Shown here: positions 36,855-48,879 of the stretch, one piece after another | Position numbering within the stretch: position 1 is the stretch's first letter | Layout: the number at the start of each line of letters is the position of its first letter | Assembly: GCF_000143415.4 (NCBI RefSeq) | Contig: NW_003314324.1 | Coordinates: 157,864 to 221,863, forward strand | DNA length: 64,000 nt | Direction of reading: 5' to 3' | DNA from: Selaginella moellendorffii | Taxonomy: Eukaryota > Plantae > Lycopodiophyta | The notes under the pieces: model-generated | Databases searched by the model: none | What the model was told of the DNA's origin: nothing | What the model saw: the letters and a program-made list of their open reading frames with translations, nothing else | Made by a program: the position numbers and the translations under genes

Positions 36855-38342
36855 CTACCCCTGTGCGACGAATGATGCCAGCATGCCAATCCTCTGAGCA
36901 ACCTGTGGAGACACCTTCTTTGCTCGGGCTCGCCGCTCGCCCGAGGCTCCAAAGTCGAAGCAAAGCGTCTCGGCTACGTCGTGAACGCTCCACCCGGCCT
37001 TTCGCAGCGAGCACGAGAGATAGTCGAGATGGAAAGCCAGTCCCTCGAGGACCGTCTGCCGGTCCGGCATCCCCCTCTTGTGATCCGAGCACGAAGACGC
37101 CGCCCCGACAATCTCGGCTATGTCTTCCTCCTTCCACCCTCCTTGCCTCAGCTTGCTCGACATGTCCTCCACGGTTTCCTTCATCAGGCTCTCGGCACCG
37201 TTCTCCCACTCTCCATCGAATTCGAAGTAGTCGTCGCAGTCCGTGGCTGCCTGCTCGTCGTCTTCCAGATCGGACGTGGAAGCCACCGAGTTCATACTCT
37301 GCCCCTTCTCGGAGAGATCGCTCCAGAGCTCAATTCTGCGAACTCTGGAAGCTCTCGCTCGGCCCTGTGCGTCCCTCACGGACGGCGAGTCCTCGCAGCT
37401 CCCGTCGCAGCTGCTCCCGGACGAGCTCCTCGGACTTAAGACGCTCCTCGACGAGTCATTGGACTTCCTCCGGCAGGCCAGTGCGTCCAAGCTTCTGCTC
37501 CACGTCTCGGTCGAGCAGCTCGCCGAGAACTTTGTCACCAGTGGCGTCGCTCGGCAGCTGCTAGTAGCGCTGAACGACTCCATGTCCATATCTTCCTCCT
37601 CGTACAGACTTAGAAACTCTTCACACTTGTCTTCACTCTTGGTTACCGGTCTCCCCGCGCTCTTGCCGCTGAAGTCACCCAAGAAAACTGGCTCTGGGAC
37701 GTACGCACTGCTCCTTACGAGGGACCGAGACGCGAATGAATCTCTGTGGAAGAAGTCCGACACGTCCAGGCCGCAGCAGTAGACATCTCGTCCCTGTACG
37801 AAGAAGACTGGATTTCCTGCCCGGACTGGTGCCGCAGCGACGTAGCAGTGACCATAAACAGGGAGGAGCACTGGGGCCTTCTTAAGTTGTCCGCGAGCGA
37901 TCTGGACGGCCTTGTGGAGCTCGGCTGGCCTTGGCCCCCACTGCTTCAACCAGAAAACTCCTCTCTCGACGTCGGCTAGGAGGCCAGCTCTCGGCTTGTT
38001 TATCCACATCTTGAGCTGCTGCGGACCGCCAGACCTCCAGTTGGGAAAGCCATCGCCGAGTGGAAGGCCCTCTCTGAGAATTCCTCTGAGATCTGGTGGG
38101 AAAGTGAACTGAAAGAGGGCCTCGATCCTCTCGAACTCCTCCTCACTCAGACCCTTGTCGATGTGAACCCGGCATTTTCTCAAGCGCTCGATCACGTTGA
38201 TGCCGTATCCGGAGAAGGAGAAGGACACCTTCCGGCTCCCGGGAGAAGCCGGCAATGCAGGCCCGGCATTCGCCCTTGCCGACAGCCTCTTGAGGCCGGC
38301 GACATGAGCGTGCATATTGATCTTGTAGTCCGCTTCTACCAT
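36855..38342 (-). CDS. Conserved plant protein with SMI1/KNR4 (SUKH)-like domain, At3g50340/At5g67020-like; 495 aa, single exon
   Basis: MVEAD...HVAGLKRLSARA, GLSEEEFERIE..F.F.FPPDLR.IL..GLP.G.GFPNWR, AP.L.P.YGHCY, GNPVF, RRIELWS, LR.GGW. Start chosen by family resemblance. Confidence 0.85.
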   Translation of the reverse strand: MVEADYKINMHAHVAGLKRLSARANAGPALPASPGSRKVSFSFSGYGINVIERLRKCRVHIDKGLSEEEFERIEALFQFTFPPDLRGILREGLPLGDGFPNWRSGGPQQLKMWINKPRAGLLADVERGVFWLKQWGPRPAELHKAVQIARGQLKKAPVLLPVYGHCYVAAAPVRAGNPVFFVQGRDVYCCGLDVSDFFHRDSFASRSLVRSSAYVPEPVFLGDFSGKSAGRPVTKSEDKCEEFLSLYEEEDMDMESFSATSSCRATPLVTKFSASCSTETWSRSLDALACRRKSNDSSRSVLSPRSSSGSSCDGSCEDSPSVRDAQGRARASRVRRIELWSDLSEKGQSMNSVASTSDLEDDEQAATDCDDYFEFDGEWENGAESLMKETVEDMSSKLRQGGWKEEDIAEIVGAASSCSDHKRGMPDRQTVLEGLAFHLDYLSCSLRKAGWSVHDVAETLCFDFGASGERRARAKKVSPQVAQRIGMLASFVAQG

Positions 38343-39211
38343 CTTGTGTCTGTGCGCAATAGCTACTCCAAACCTCTGGAAACCACAAAACCAAAGGTAG
38401 TGAATGGAAGAAAACAAGCGCACACGGATGCAACTTCTGTGAACACTGATATGGAAAAACCCCACGCAAGCAACTTCCCTTATAAAGCCTGGAATGGACC
38501 CAAAGATCTTGATGCCATGCAAACAAAAAAAACACAGCCTCCAAACTTGTCGGGGTGACCCACTCTAGTACTTTCTACCGTCTTATCCCCTGTGCAAGAG
38601 AGTCTAGCTCGAATTTACTCCCTCTTGATGCTAGAGTTAAAACTTAGCAATGATCACCACACCACATAGCTATAAACTCGTGAAAGCATCTCTCACTCAG
38701 ACAAACCAACGCGCACTGCAGCCGACGGCGACTAAACAATGTCACAAGTCAAAAAGAAACACAGGAAAGAAAAAAAGATGAAGCTTGACAGGCAGCCAGA
38801 TGAAAAACCGAGATGGCAGGAAGAGAAAACGAAAGAAAAAAAAAAAGAAGAAAAAGATGAAACGAGCAAAAACTAAAAAATGGAGAGACCTGGTTGGTGT
38901 CCTGTAGCTCACTGCGCGATTGACTACTGCATACCTGAATACGCAACAGGAGCAGCTTCTTTTGAACTCATCTCTCAGCCACCATTAAATGAGCGTGACA
39001 GTGTCGTTGCCGGCTCTGGATCGAGCCAACAGACGTGGGAAATTCTGCCAAATTGCCGGAAGCAAAGTACAAAGACGAAGAAAACACCGCGCACGAAGAA
39101 GAAAAAACAAAGGGAAAGGCAAATGCCGAAGACAATCACAACACAAAATGCCAAGCCCATTACTAACAAAAACCCATGCAACGCATGCAAGGTGTAGAAA
39201 AGGAAAGCCCC

Positions 39212-39213
<2 letters not shown>

Positions 39214-39244
<31 letters not shown>

Positions 39245-39245
39245 A
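39214..39245. repeat. (CT)n/(GA)n microsatellite upstream of the SMI1-like gene
   Basis: Directly visible. Confidence 0.8.
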
Positions 39246-40615
39246 CATTTTGAGACTTGGCCACTGCCGAGCAAGGCGACGCCATTAGTGGTCCTTTCTG
39301 CCTCCGCTCCAGCCCTAAATGCATTGAAAGTGGAGCGTTCCTTACCACAAATTTCTCGCCGCTGCTGCGCCCGGTTGCATGAATCTATGGAGTCGCGATC
39401 GCTATCAGCTGCTGGTAGGATCGTGAGACTGCCGCTCCACCTCCGCTGGTCATGGCAGCAGGGCGCAAGCCGCCCCACTTGTGCCATAAACCCTAACCCT
39501 TGATCACCGCTTTCCCGCCCAAAGGGGTTTTGAAAACTGCCGCGCAAAATTTTAAATCTGGGCTTTGCGGTTTTGAATTTTGATGCGATGGGTGGTTTTA
39601 TTTACGAGCTATCAAGCTGTACCACTTCCTGGACAGGGCGATCGATCCACTCATGTTCTCGTCTTAGAATTTATCTTGAAATCTCTGCAACCAGGGAAAA
39701 AAAAACCGAGGAATGGAATGAAATTTGCTCGCTGGCCTGGGTGGGATCGAATTCAATCGCGCTCCCCATGCCACGCCAATCCAACGAGGCAACACCCCAC
39801 ATCCAACTCATAAACCCTAAAATAACGAGCTCTCAATCATTCCAATCGTCAAAGAAAAAGGAGGAGAGGCGCCACCACCCGTGGCCATGGATGGAGTGGA
39901 GGATCCACACCTCGTACATAATGGTCATAAATGTGGCCCATAACACGTCAACTCCATGGGACCATATCAGTGCGCACACAGGCATGGGCGCATGGGTCCG
40001 ATTGGTCCGCCGCGATTGGTCGGGCCGTACCATCCCAGGCGTGACCACAATCTCGGCCTATGGGTGGTCGACAGGTGGAGCCCAGGGCGCATCCTCACCC
40101 GACAGCGCATGGCCCACGGCAGCACGACCAGATCTTCCAGATTCTAAACACGATCTGGTGTGCCTGCCACGTCTGCCCCCGCCCATGTCATACGGCTGCC
40201 CGCCCCGTGACGTGTCCATGTCATAGCCCGTCCGGCGCTGACGTGGAGCACATCATAGCGCCAGCCACCAAACGTCTGGGAGAATCTAAGGTAGATGGGA
40301 GATTTTTTTGTGGATGGATGGACAGCTGCGTGATTGATTGATGCGCTGCGTTGTTCTTGAGTCTCTTCACCAAACGCTTCCTAGGGGATAATTCCTTTTC
40401 TTTCTTTTCTTCCAGCACTGGGAATGCTTGTGATTGACGCGACGCGACTAGTTCGATCGAGGGCCCTGTGAGCTGCCCTTGAGATTTATCCAAAGTTTTG
40501 AGAGAACGATAGGAAAAAAAAGAAGAGGGAACGAAGAAGCCGGGGCTTGTAACGATAGAAAATGTAAGAAGTTTCTTACTTTTGCAGTACATTTTCGCTA
40601 TGGCGGATTCCTTGG

Positions 40616-41786
40616 TCACAGCCATCGAGAGTACCCGGAGCCTTTGCAATCCTTGCACAGTACCAGGCCTGCGAGACAAGGAACAAACCGACGAGAATTT
40701 TCTTTTTGCGTTTGCCAAAGTTTGCAAGTTGCGAGAAAGGAAAGGAGTGTACCTGAGCCTTTACACACTCGGCACTCACTGTTGCGCCCATCGGATCGCA
40801 TCTTTCCATCACTACAAAACACGCACCGAGTTCCCCCTGTGAAGTGAAACGAAGTACAAGAAAAAGAAGGCGGCCGCAAGGAATCAGAAAAACCAACCAA
40901 AGGAGAAACTCAAGAACAATACCATTTCCTCCACATTTTTTGCACGAAACTGGGTCCCCCTAAGTAGAACAAAACGCACTTGGTTAGTTTTCTGTGTAGC
41001 ACACTATGCTTGATCATCAATCGCACACAAATCCATCTAGTGCTCAGTGCTGTAATGGGGCGGACAAAAGAATCCAATCGATACATTAACAATACTTTTT
41101 TCGCAGCGAATCATTTAGAAACAATCATAGGAGCTCAGCAATCTGGAACATTCAATGTCTAACGCACAAGGTTTGAAAGAGAAACTAGAAAATCATTCTT
41201 TTTCACGTAGAAAACACTAGAAACTGGAGCCAAAATGGTGAACGAGAAACGCTTCCTTCTTTTCCATGTAGAAAACACTAGAAGCTCGAGCTAAAATGGC
41301 GGAACTGGTCTAACGAGAAATGCTAGAAATCATTCTTTTCCACGTAGAAACTCGGGCTAAAATGGCGAACTGTTCTAACGAGAAATCATTCTTTTTCACG
41401 TCGAAAACACTAGAAACTCGAGCAAATATGGGACTGTTCTAACGAGAAATATGCCATAGAAATTTACGTGGGAAACCACTAGAAACCACTCAAAGCTACG
41501 AGTATGGACCAAAACAAATGGATGGAAAACACACCATACAAATCCAAAAAGGATAAAATCACAGACTCACCTTGAATCCCCAGTAGAGCGAGGCGCCAGT
41601 AGCAGCGACAACGCTGGCGCCAAGGATGAGCGCTTGCAAATCCGGCGCCGCGAAATCGGAGCTAGCTTCCAATGCCCTGGCACGTTGTGAAGAATGCTGC
41701 CGCCTATTCCAGCGCTGGGCGGGAGAAGAGCGAAAAAGATTGGACTGCCCAAACCCTAGCACTACCTCCCTACACAAGGTTTCCAT
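40616..41786 (-). CDS. DnaJ-type CxxCxGxG zinc-finger protein, probably plastid-targeted (129 aa); exons 41786-41571, 40959-40923, 40836-40753, 40668-40616
   Basis: GT-AG, phase-consistent splicing gives ...[29 protein letters not shown]...[24 protein letters not shown], with a transit-like N-terminus and a TM segment. Confidence 0.88.
41175..41490. repeat. About 55-70 bp tandem repeat (about 5 copies) in intron 1 of the DnaJ-ZF gene
   Basis: Recurrent AACGAGAAA..AATCATTCTTTTTCACGTAGAAAACACTAGAAACTCGAGC.AAAATGG. Confidence 0.8.
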
Positions 41787-41869
41787 TCTTTCCAAAATCA
41801 AAACCAAAGAATGTGTATCGAAAAACTTTAAATGGCAGTCGATTGCGACTGGAAAAATTTTCCGTTTCT

Positions 41870-43125
<1,256 letters not shown>

Positions 43126-43590
43126 GTCGATCCCACTTAGGGTTCTACCAAAACTTTAAAACCCTAAACCTGTCCGAGAATAAAAACGGTCAAGAGCCCG
43201 ATCTCTGACACGTGTTGACATCCCAGCCGTCGCCGGATTCTGAAATGTGGCCAGGCTGTTAGCCATAGCTCCTCGCTAAGAAGAACTCTTCCTTGTTTCA
43301 TTCGTGTGCTTAAAAACCATTACTTAGGTTCTTGAGATGCCGCCATGGCGATGGCGATGACGAGCTTAGAATCGCCGGCACGGGAAGATCAGGCTCTCGA
43401 TCGGCGTATTTCTGGCAGATCTTCGGCAAGGAGAGGTATTTCCCAGGTGTAATCTGGATCCATAGCTTAGATGCCGCTGCCATAGGTCGAAATATCGCCA
43501 GCATTGAGAAATCCATGCCCTGGCGAGCGAGGGAGAGCCAGCATTCTTGGCAAGGCACAAGATTTCGATAGATTTTGGAACAGGGCAGCA

Positions 43591-45105
43591 ATGGCATCGC
43601 GCTCCAGCGATGGAGCTCTCATCGCGGCTCTTCTTCTAGCGTTCCTGGCAATGGCGATCTCACAGTCAGTGCCCGCTCCAGTTAAGGCTCCCAAGGCAAA
43701 TCCACCAAAAGGAAGTACTGCTCCAGTGGCTCCAGCTCCAAAAGCCGCTGCTACAGCTCCGACAAAGGCCCCAGCTCCGACTGCTACGAACGCCAGCGCT
43801 CCTCCGCCACTAATGGCCACTCCACCAAAAGGAGCACCGGTTCCATCCGCTGGTCCAGCTCCAGTCTCTTCTCCCGCGATGGCTCCAAAACCATCGACCG
43901 GCCTCAGCAATGGCACGCTGGATCCATCGCAGGTCGCGGCTTTGCAAACTCTCAAGGTGCCAGTGCCATCCAATCCATGCGCCGGCTCACACTCGACGAT
44001 GATCTGCGACGAAGGATCCCCGGTCAGGCGCTTGATCTTTCTCCAGCTCCAGTACTGCCCAGTGGACGCGGTGCTCAGCGAAGAAGCTCTCAAGAACCTC
44101 ACGGGCTTGCAAGCGCTCTCCTTCTTCGACTGCCCGATGAAGCCGTCGGCGTCCCTCCCTCCCGACATGGCGAATTCCCTTACGTCCTTTAGCTGCGTGT
44201 CGAGCCTGGGAAGAACTTCTGGATTCGAGGAGATGGCGGGGCTCTCGGGGGTCTGGCTCGGCAAGCTACACAAGGTGGAGGATCTCACCGTCATGGACGT
44301 GCTCGTAAACGCTTCCAGCTTGTCCGTGATCGTCGCCAACATGACGCGGCTCCGCGAGCTCAAGATATCCAATTCCAGCTTGAAGGGCGAGCTCCCAAAG
44401 ACATGGCCAGCGAAGAACCTCACGTCCATCGACCTCTCCCTCAACGCCATCCAGGGTCCGCTCCCGTCGCTCCTGGGCGAGCTCGAGCAGCTCCAGAGCT
44501 TGGAGCTCACAGGCAACAACTTAACCGGGCACTTGCCGGATTCACTCGGGAAGCTCCGGAGCTTGCAGAGACTGTCGCTCAGCTCCAATGCGCTAACCGG
44601 TCCCATCCCCGGCGCCGCCATCGAGAACATGACGACGCTCACGTACCTGGATCTCAGCAACAACGCTCTCAACGGCAGCGTCCCGGCTTCCATCACCAAG
44701 CTGCGAGACCTCCGCTACCTCGACCTCCGCAACAACAAGCTGCGAGGTATCCTCCCTTTCAATTCCTCGTTTCTAAGCCGGCTCAACAGCTTCAAGGCCA
44801 GCGGGAATCCATCGCTGTGCTACAACAGCTCCATAGTCACGTCCACCCGGCTGGTGGTGGGCGTCCCGGCTTGCGACGATGCGGGCAAGCCGATCACGTC
44901 GGGTGGCGAGGGCCCGGCACTGTCGCCAGGCGAAGAACTGGCGCCCACGGCCGAGCCGGATGCGCAAAACTCGCAGAGCCGGCGGGGCAAGCGCCATGGT
45001 CCCAAGACGATCGTGTGGGCCGTCGCGACTGCGCTGGGGGCAATCTTCCTCTTCATCGCGCTCATCGTCGTCTTCTCCAAATGGTGCCGCTGGAAAGATG
45101 CTTGA
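43591..45105 (+). CDS. LRR receptor-like protein, RLP51/SNC2-RLP55-like, with Pro/Ala-rich AGP-like N-terminus (504 aa)
   Basis: Signal peptide, LDP.Q..AL..L.VP...PC, plant LRRs, GNP.LCYN, single TM, short KWC tail, no kinase. Confidence 0.9.
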   Translation: MASRSSDGALIAALLLAFLAMAISQSVPAPVKAPKANPPKGSTAPVAPAPKAAATAPTKAPAPTATNASAPPPLMATPPKGAPVPSAGPAPVSSPAMAPKPSTGLSNGTLDPSQVAALQTLKVPVPSNPCAGSHSTMICDEGSPVRRLIFLQLQYCPVDAVLSEEALKNLTGLQALSFFDCPMKPSASLPPDMANSLTSFSCVSSLGRTSGFEEMAGLSGVWLGKLHKVEDLTVMDVLVNASSLSVIVANMTRLRELKISNSSLKGELPKTWPAKNLTSIDLSLNAIQGPLPSLLGELEQLQSLELTGNNLTGHLPDSLGKLRSLQRLSLSSNALTGPIPGAAIENMTTLTYLDLSNNALNGSVPASITKLRDLRYLDLRNNKLRGILPFNSSFLSRLNSFKASGNPSLCYNSSIVTSTRLVVGVPACDDAGKPITSGGEGPALSPGEELAPTAEPDAQNSQSRRGKRHGPKTIVWAVATALGAIFLFIALIVVFSKWCRWKDA

Positions 45106-45489
45106 TGGCCGAGATTTTTCATCCGGGCCGTTGGTACGTGGATAGCCAACGGCCGACATTGATGCATGATAGTAGGGTTTTGGGAAAAGGTTGGCAATTT
45201 GTAATATGACCTAGCACCAATAAAGTATGCCGTTTATTCCTTATTGGATGACGTGGCGTCAACGCTGTGCTGACGTGGCATTGACTTGACACGTAGAATA
45301 ATGTCTGTCAGTCAACATTTGATTAATCTGAGCCGTTCTAGCAGCTCGCTGCCAAAATGCTGCTCGAGTAAAGAACCGAAGTGGGAGAGGAAGAGAGAGA
45401 GAGAGGGAGAGAGAGCTCTGGCCTGGCCTCTTTGGAGCTCTTCTTTAGGTCATAGACTCTCTTCCTCTCTATCGAGCTCGAGCTCGAGC

Positions 45490-47049
45490 ATGGATGTAAC
45501 AGCAATGCAGGTAAGCTCCATCCTCCTCGCCCTCCTCTCGATCGCGGCCTCCACTCGAGCCGCCTCGCCGTCTCACCACCACAATGCCGCCGCTGCCCCA
45601 GCGCCAGAGGTAAGCTCTAGCATTCCCCCGCTCGCGTCCCCGCGCAAATCTCCAATCCCAATCCTCGGATCCCCAGCTCCAGCGCTTCCAGCCACTCCAT
45701 CGCCCGTCTCTCCGGTCCCCAGCTCCTCGCCAGCGGCAGCGCGAAAGCCCACATCGCCATCTCCAGCCCCGGAAGAAGAACCTCTGCCACCATCGCCACT
45801 GCTAGCTCCCTCCAGTCCTCCACCTTCAAACGCCACAGCTCTGGATCCCGACCAGCTCAAAGCTCTCAGATCTCTCAAGGTTCCCATTCGCGACCCGGAT
45901 AACATCTGCGCTCCATATCCAGACACCCCGTTCCAGTGCGACCAGGGGTACCCGACCCGCCACCTCGTCTCCCTCGCGCTTAGCTACTGCCCGGAGGAGT
46001 CCGTGCTCTCCAAGGAAGCGCTCGACGCCCTCGCCACCACCTTGAAGTCCCTCTCCTTCCTCCACTGCCCAATGCCGGCGATTGCCTTCCCCGCCCAGAT
46101 GACGAGCTCGCTCGAGTCGCTCAGCATCGTCTCCAGCCTCGGCCGCGAGACAACCTCGGACGATCTTACCACCACCAATTCAGCAATCACCGGCGTGTGG
46201 CTCGCCAGGTTCCACAGGCTCTCGCGGCTGGAGGTCCGGGACATCGTCGTCAATGCATCGGGCCTGGCGATCATCCTCTCTAACATGACGGGCTTGCGCG
46301 AGCTGTCGATCTCCAACACCACCCTCGGCGGTCACCTCGTGCGCTCCTGGCCGGCCAACCTCACCTTGCTCGATCTCTCCAACAATCGCATCCAGGGAGG
46401 CCTTCCCAGCCTCTTCGGCCAGCTCCTGCGCTTGGAGACCATGGATCTGGGTGGCAACAACATCTCCGGCCACCTCCCGGAGTCTCTCGGCCACCTCCGC
46501 AGCGTCCGGAAGCTTGTTCTTAGCAGCAACGCACTCTGGGGGCCGATCCCAAAGTCGTTCGCCAACCTGACGTCCCTGGCGTACCTCGACATGAGGGGCA
46601 ACAAGATCAACGGGAGCATCCCCGAGGCTCTGGCCGATCTCCCCAGCATCCGCTACGTGGATCTGCGCAACAACGATCTGGATGGGATGCTGCCGCTAAA
46701 CAGCTCCTCGATCCAGCGCATGAACAGCTTCCGGGTGGCCGGGAATCCATCCCTTTGCTACAACTCCTCCGCCACCTCGTCCAAGCTCGTTCTTGGGCTT
46801 GCGAAATGCGACGAGGATGGGAATCCTATTGTGCCATCTTCGTCGCCCTCGTCTTCCTCGGGCTCTTCATCTTCCACTTCGCCGTGGGGCGATTCTTCTT
46901 CCGGAGAGCACCATAGCTCCTCCTCGAGCGTGCACAAGAGCAGTGGCGTGAAGAAGACGGTGTGGGCGATTGCAACTGCGCTGGGAGCGATTTTCTTGTT
47001 TATCGTTATTGTTGTAGCATTGTCGAGATGGTGCAAGAACAAGGGCTGA
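45490..47049 (+). CDS. LRR receptor-like protein, RLP51/SNC2-RLP55-like tandem paralog (519 aa)
   Basis: Same architecture: LDPDQLKALRSL, GNPSLCYN, TM VWAIATALGAIFLF. Confidence 0.9.
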   Translation: MDVTAMQVSSILLALLSIAASTRAASPSHHHNAAAAPAPEVSSSIPPLASPRKSPIPILGSPAPALPATPSPVSPVPSSSPAAARKPTSPSPAPEEEPLPPSPLLAPSSPPPSNATALDPDQLKALRSLKVPIRDPDNICAPYPDTPFQCDQGYPTRHLVSLALSYCPEESVLSKEALDALATTLKSLSFLHCPMPAIAFPAQMTSSLESLSIVSSLGRETTSDDLTTTNSAITGVWLARFHRLSRLEVRDIVVNASGLAIILSNMTGLRELSISNTTLGGHLVRSWPANLTLLDLSNNRIQGGLPSLFGQLLRLETMDLGGNNISGHLPESLGHLRSVRKLVLSSNALWGPIPKSFANLTSLAYLDMRGNKINGSIPEALADLPSIRYVDLRNNDLDGMLPLNSSSIQRMNSFRVAGNPSLCYNSSATSSKLVLGLAKCDEDGNPIVPSSSPSSSSGSSSSTSPWGDSSSGEHHSSSSSVHKSSGVKKTVWAIATALGAIFLFIVIVVALSRWCKNKG

Positions 47050-48879
47050 TCTGCGAGTATGCCATATAAGAATGATTATTGATACAAACAAAATTGATTT
47101 TCACATTGCCATGCGATTGCTAATTGTCATGAACTTGAAATAGTGTCCAAGAGTTTCTCTTTTTTCATTATGGCATCTTCACTCTTCTCGTCCGTTGCAT
47201 CAGAGCAGGCTACTACGATGGAACTCTATTCAATAATATCCAATTTGAGACCGGGTAGCTCTCGGGAATCCATCGTGACAATATGCATTAGAAGACAGAC
47301 AGCCGCACCCCTTCATGTTAGTGTTAGCATGCATTGTGCTCTAAATAGCAGTATATTATAAATATTGCCACCTTTATTGATAAGTGCAATGTTTATGGAA
47401 GGTCTTGGTATTTCAAATTACCTACTGATTTTAATCACTCCCTAGCACTCTTGAAGCTCTCAAATCCTTGGCAGGAGTTGCTCTTGAATCTCTTCCATCC
47501 TCAAGAGATACCTTGCAAGGTTGGCCATGATGTCAATGTTGGGTGAGATCTCTATCCTGCCAAGGAACTGTAGTCAGAAGGTGGTTGTATATATGCAATC
47601 ATAGAGAACATGGAATATATATAGCAGTAACATATTAATGTTCCAAAGGTGATAGATTTGCACATTGCTTAGCTATATGGTTTTAATTCTAGTAATAAAT
47701 TATAATCTATGAAATTATTTAAAATTATAAATGTTTAATATAATATATTAATATAAATTTTTATTTAATTTTAATAAAATTAGGTCCCATTATAATGTAA
47801 CTTTTGATCATTTGGAATAGGAACATTAAATAAAACTAAACTCTACTTCCAGATCAAAAAAATGTGAGTATCTTTAAACTTTGTCAAATGTAAAATAGTT
47901 ATAATCAAACAAAGTCTTATTCCAAAATAAATCTCTGAAGTTCTTACAAAATTCCATCTATGTGGATTGGATCCAAAGATTTCAGGATGAGAAGCTTGAT
48001 TTTTATCCTTTGCAACACTAATACACTTATATAATGGCCAAGGAAAAGAATTGCTAAGTCCTAGTCTAGTAATTTGCATCTTATGCAGCAATAACAATTG
48101 TATCCATCCTTTATACCCACCTTAGCAATTCTTAAGACTTAAACCACTTGATTCATATGTTTGTTCTCCACTTAAAAGCTTTAAAGTCACTTGCATAACC
48201 TTTGTAAAGCTCTTCTAAAATCCACTTAAGAGTTTCAAAGTCACTTGCATAACCTTTGCAAAACTCTTTTAAAATCCACTAGTGAACTTTGAGTCTTGAC
48301 TATTGATATTGTTTAATAAATTAAAATTAGAAAAAACCTTCTCTAAGTAAATTACAGCCAAGTTTGAGATAGTGATAGTCTTCTAAGAGGCCAATGACCA
48401 CACATATTTCAACAATAAATCCATTATGTTATATATTTATTTTTTTTGCCTCTATTTTTGTGGTAAACAAGTAATGAAGTTTATAAACATACTACATTAA
48501 TAACTTTGAGGACTAAAAAAAGTTTGTAAAAGTTCCTTTGGCACCTTTATCTACTAATAAATCTTATATGACTTATAATACTTAAGGATATCAACTTTTA
48601 TATTCTTTCAATAAAACATTACACTTAATCAACTTATACATTTTCTTCCCACCAAAATGACTAGCCTCAAAACAATCATGATAGTGGACTAGAATCTAAT
48701 TAATTAATATATTCACTCATGGTAAATATACTTGATCATTAAATAAAGAATCCCATCTACAATGAGAAAAGTGCTTCTATTTAGGCTCATAAAGAGACCA
48801 CTTCAACATTTTAAGCCTAACTAATTGCCTAAACTCACTAACTATCTTACTCAAATAATAATAAAATCATGTTCATAAA

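Noticed and set aside
43467-44699. 410-aa antisense ORF, and other antisense ORFs over the RLP and SMI1-like genes
   Set aside because: Shadow ORFs of GC-rich coding sequence.
48168-48280. About 54-bp tandem duplication in AT-rich DNA
   Set aside because: Simple local duplication with no supporting structure.
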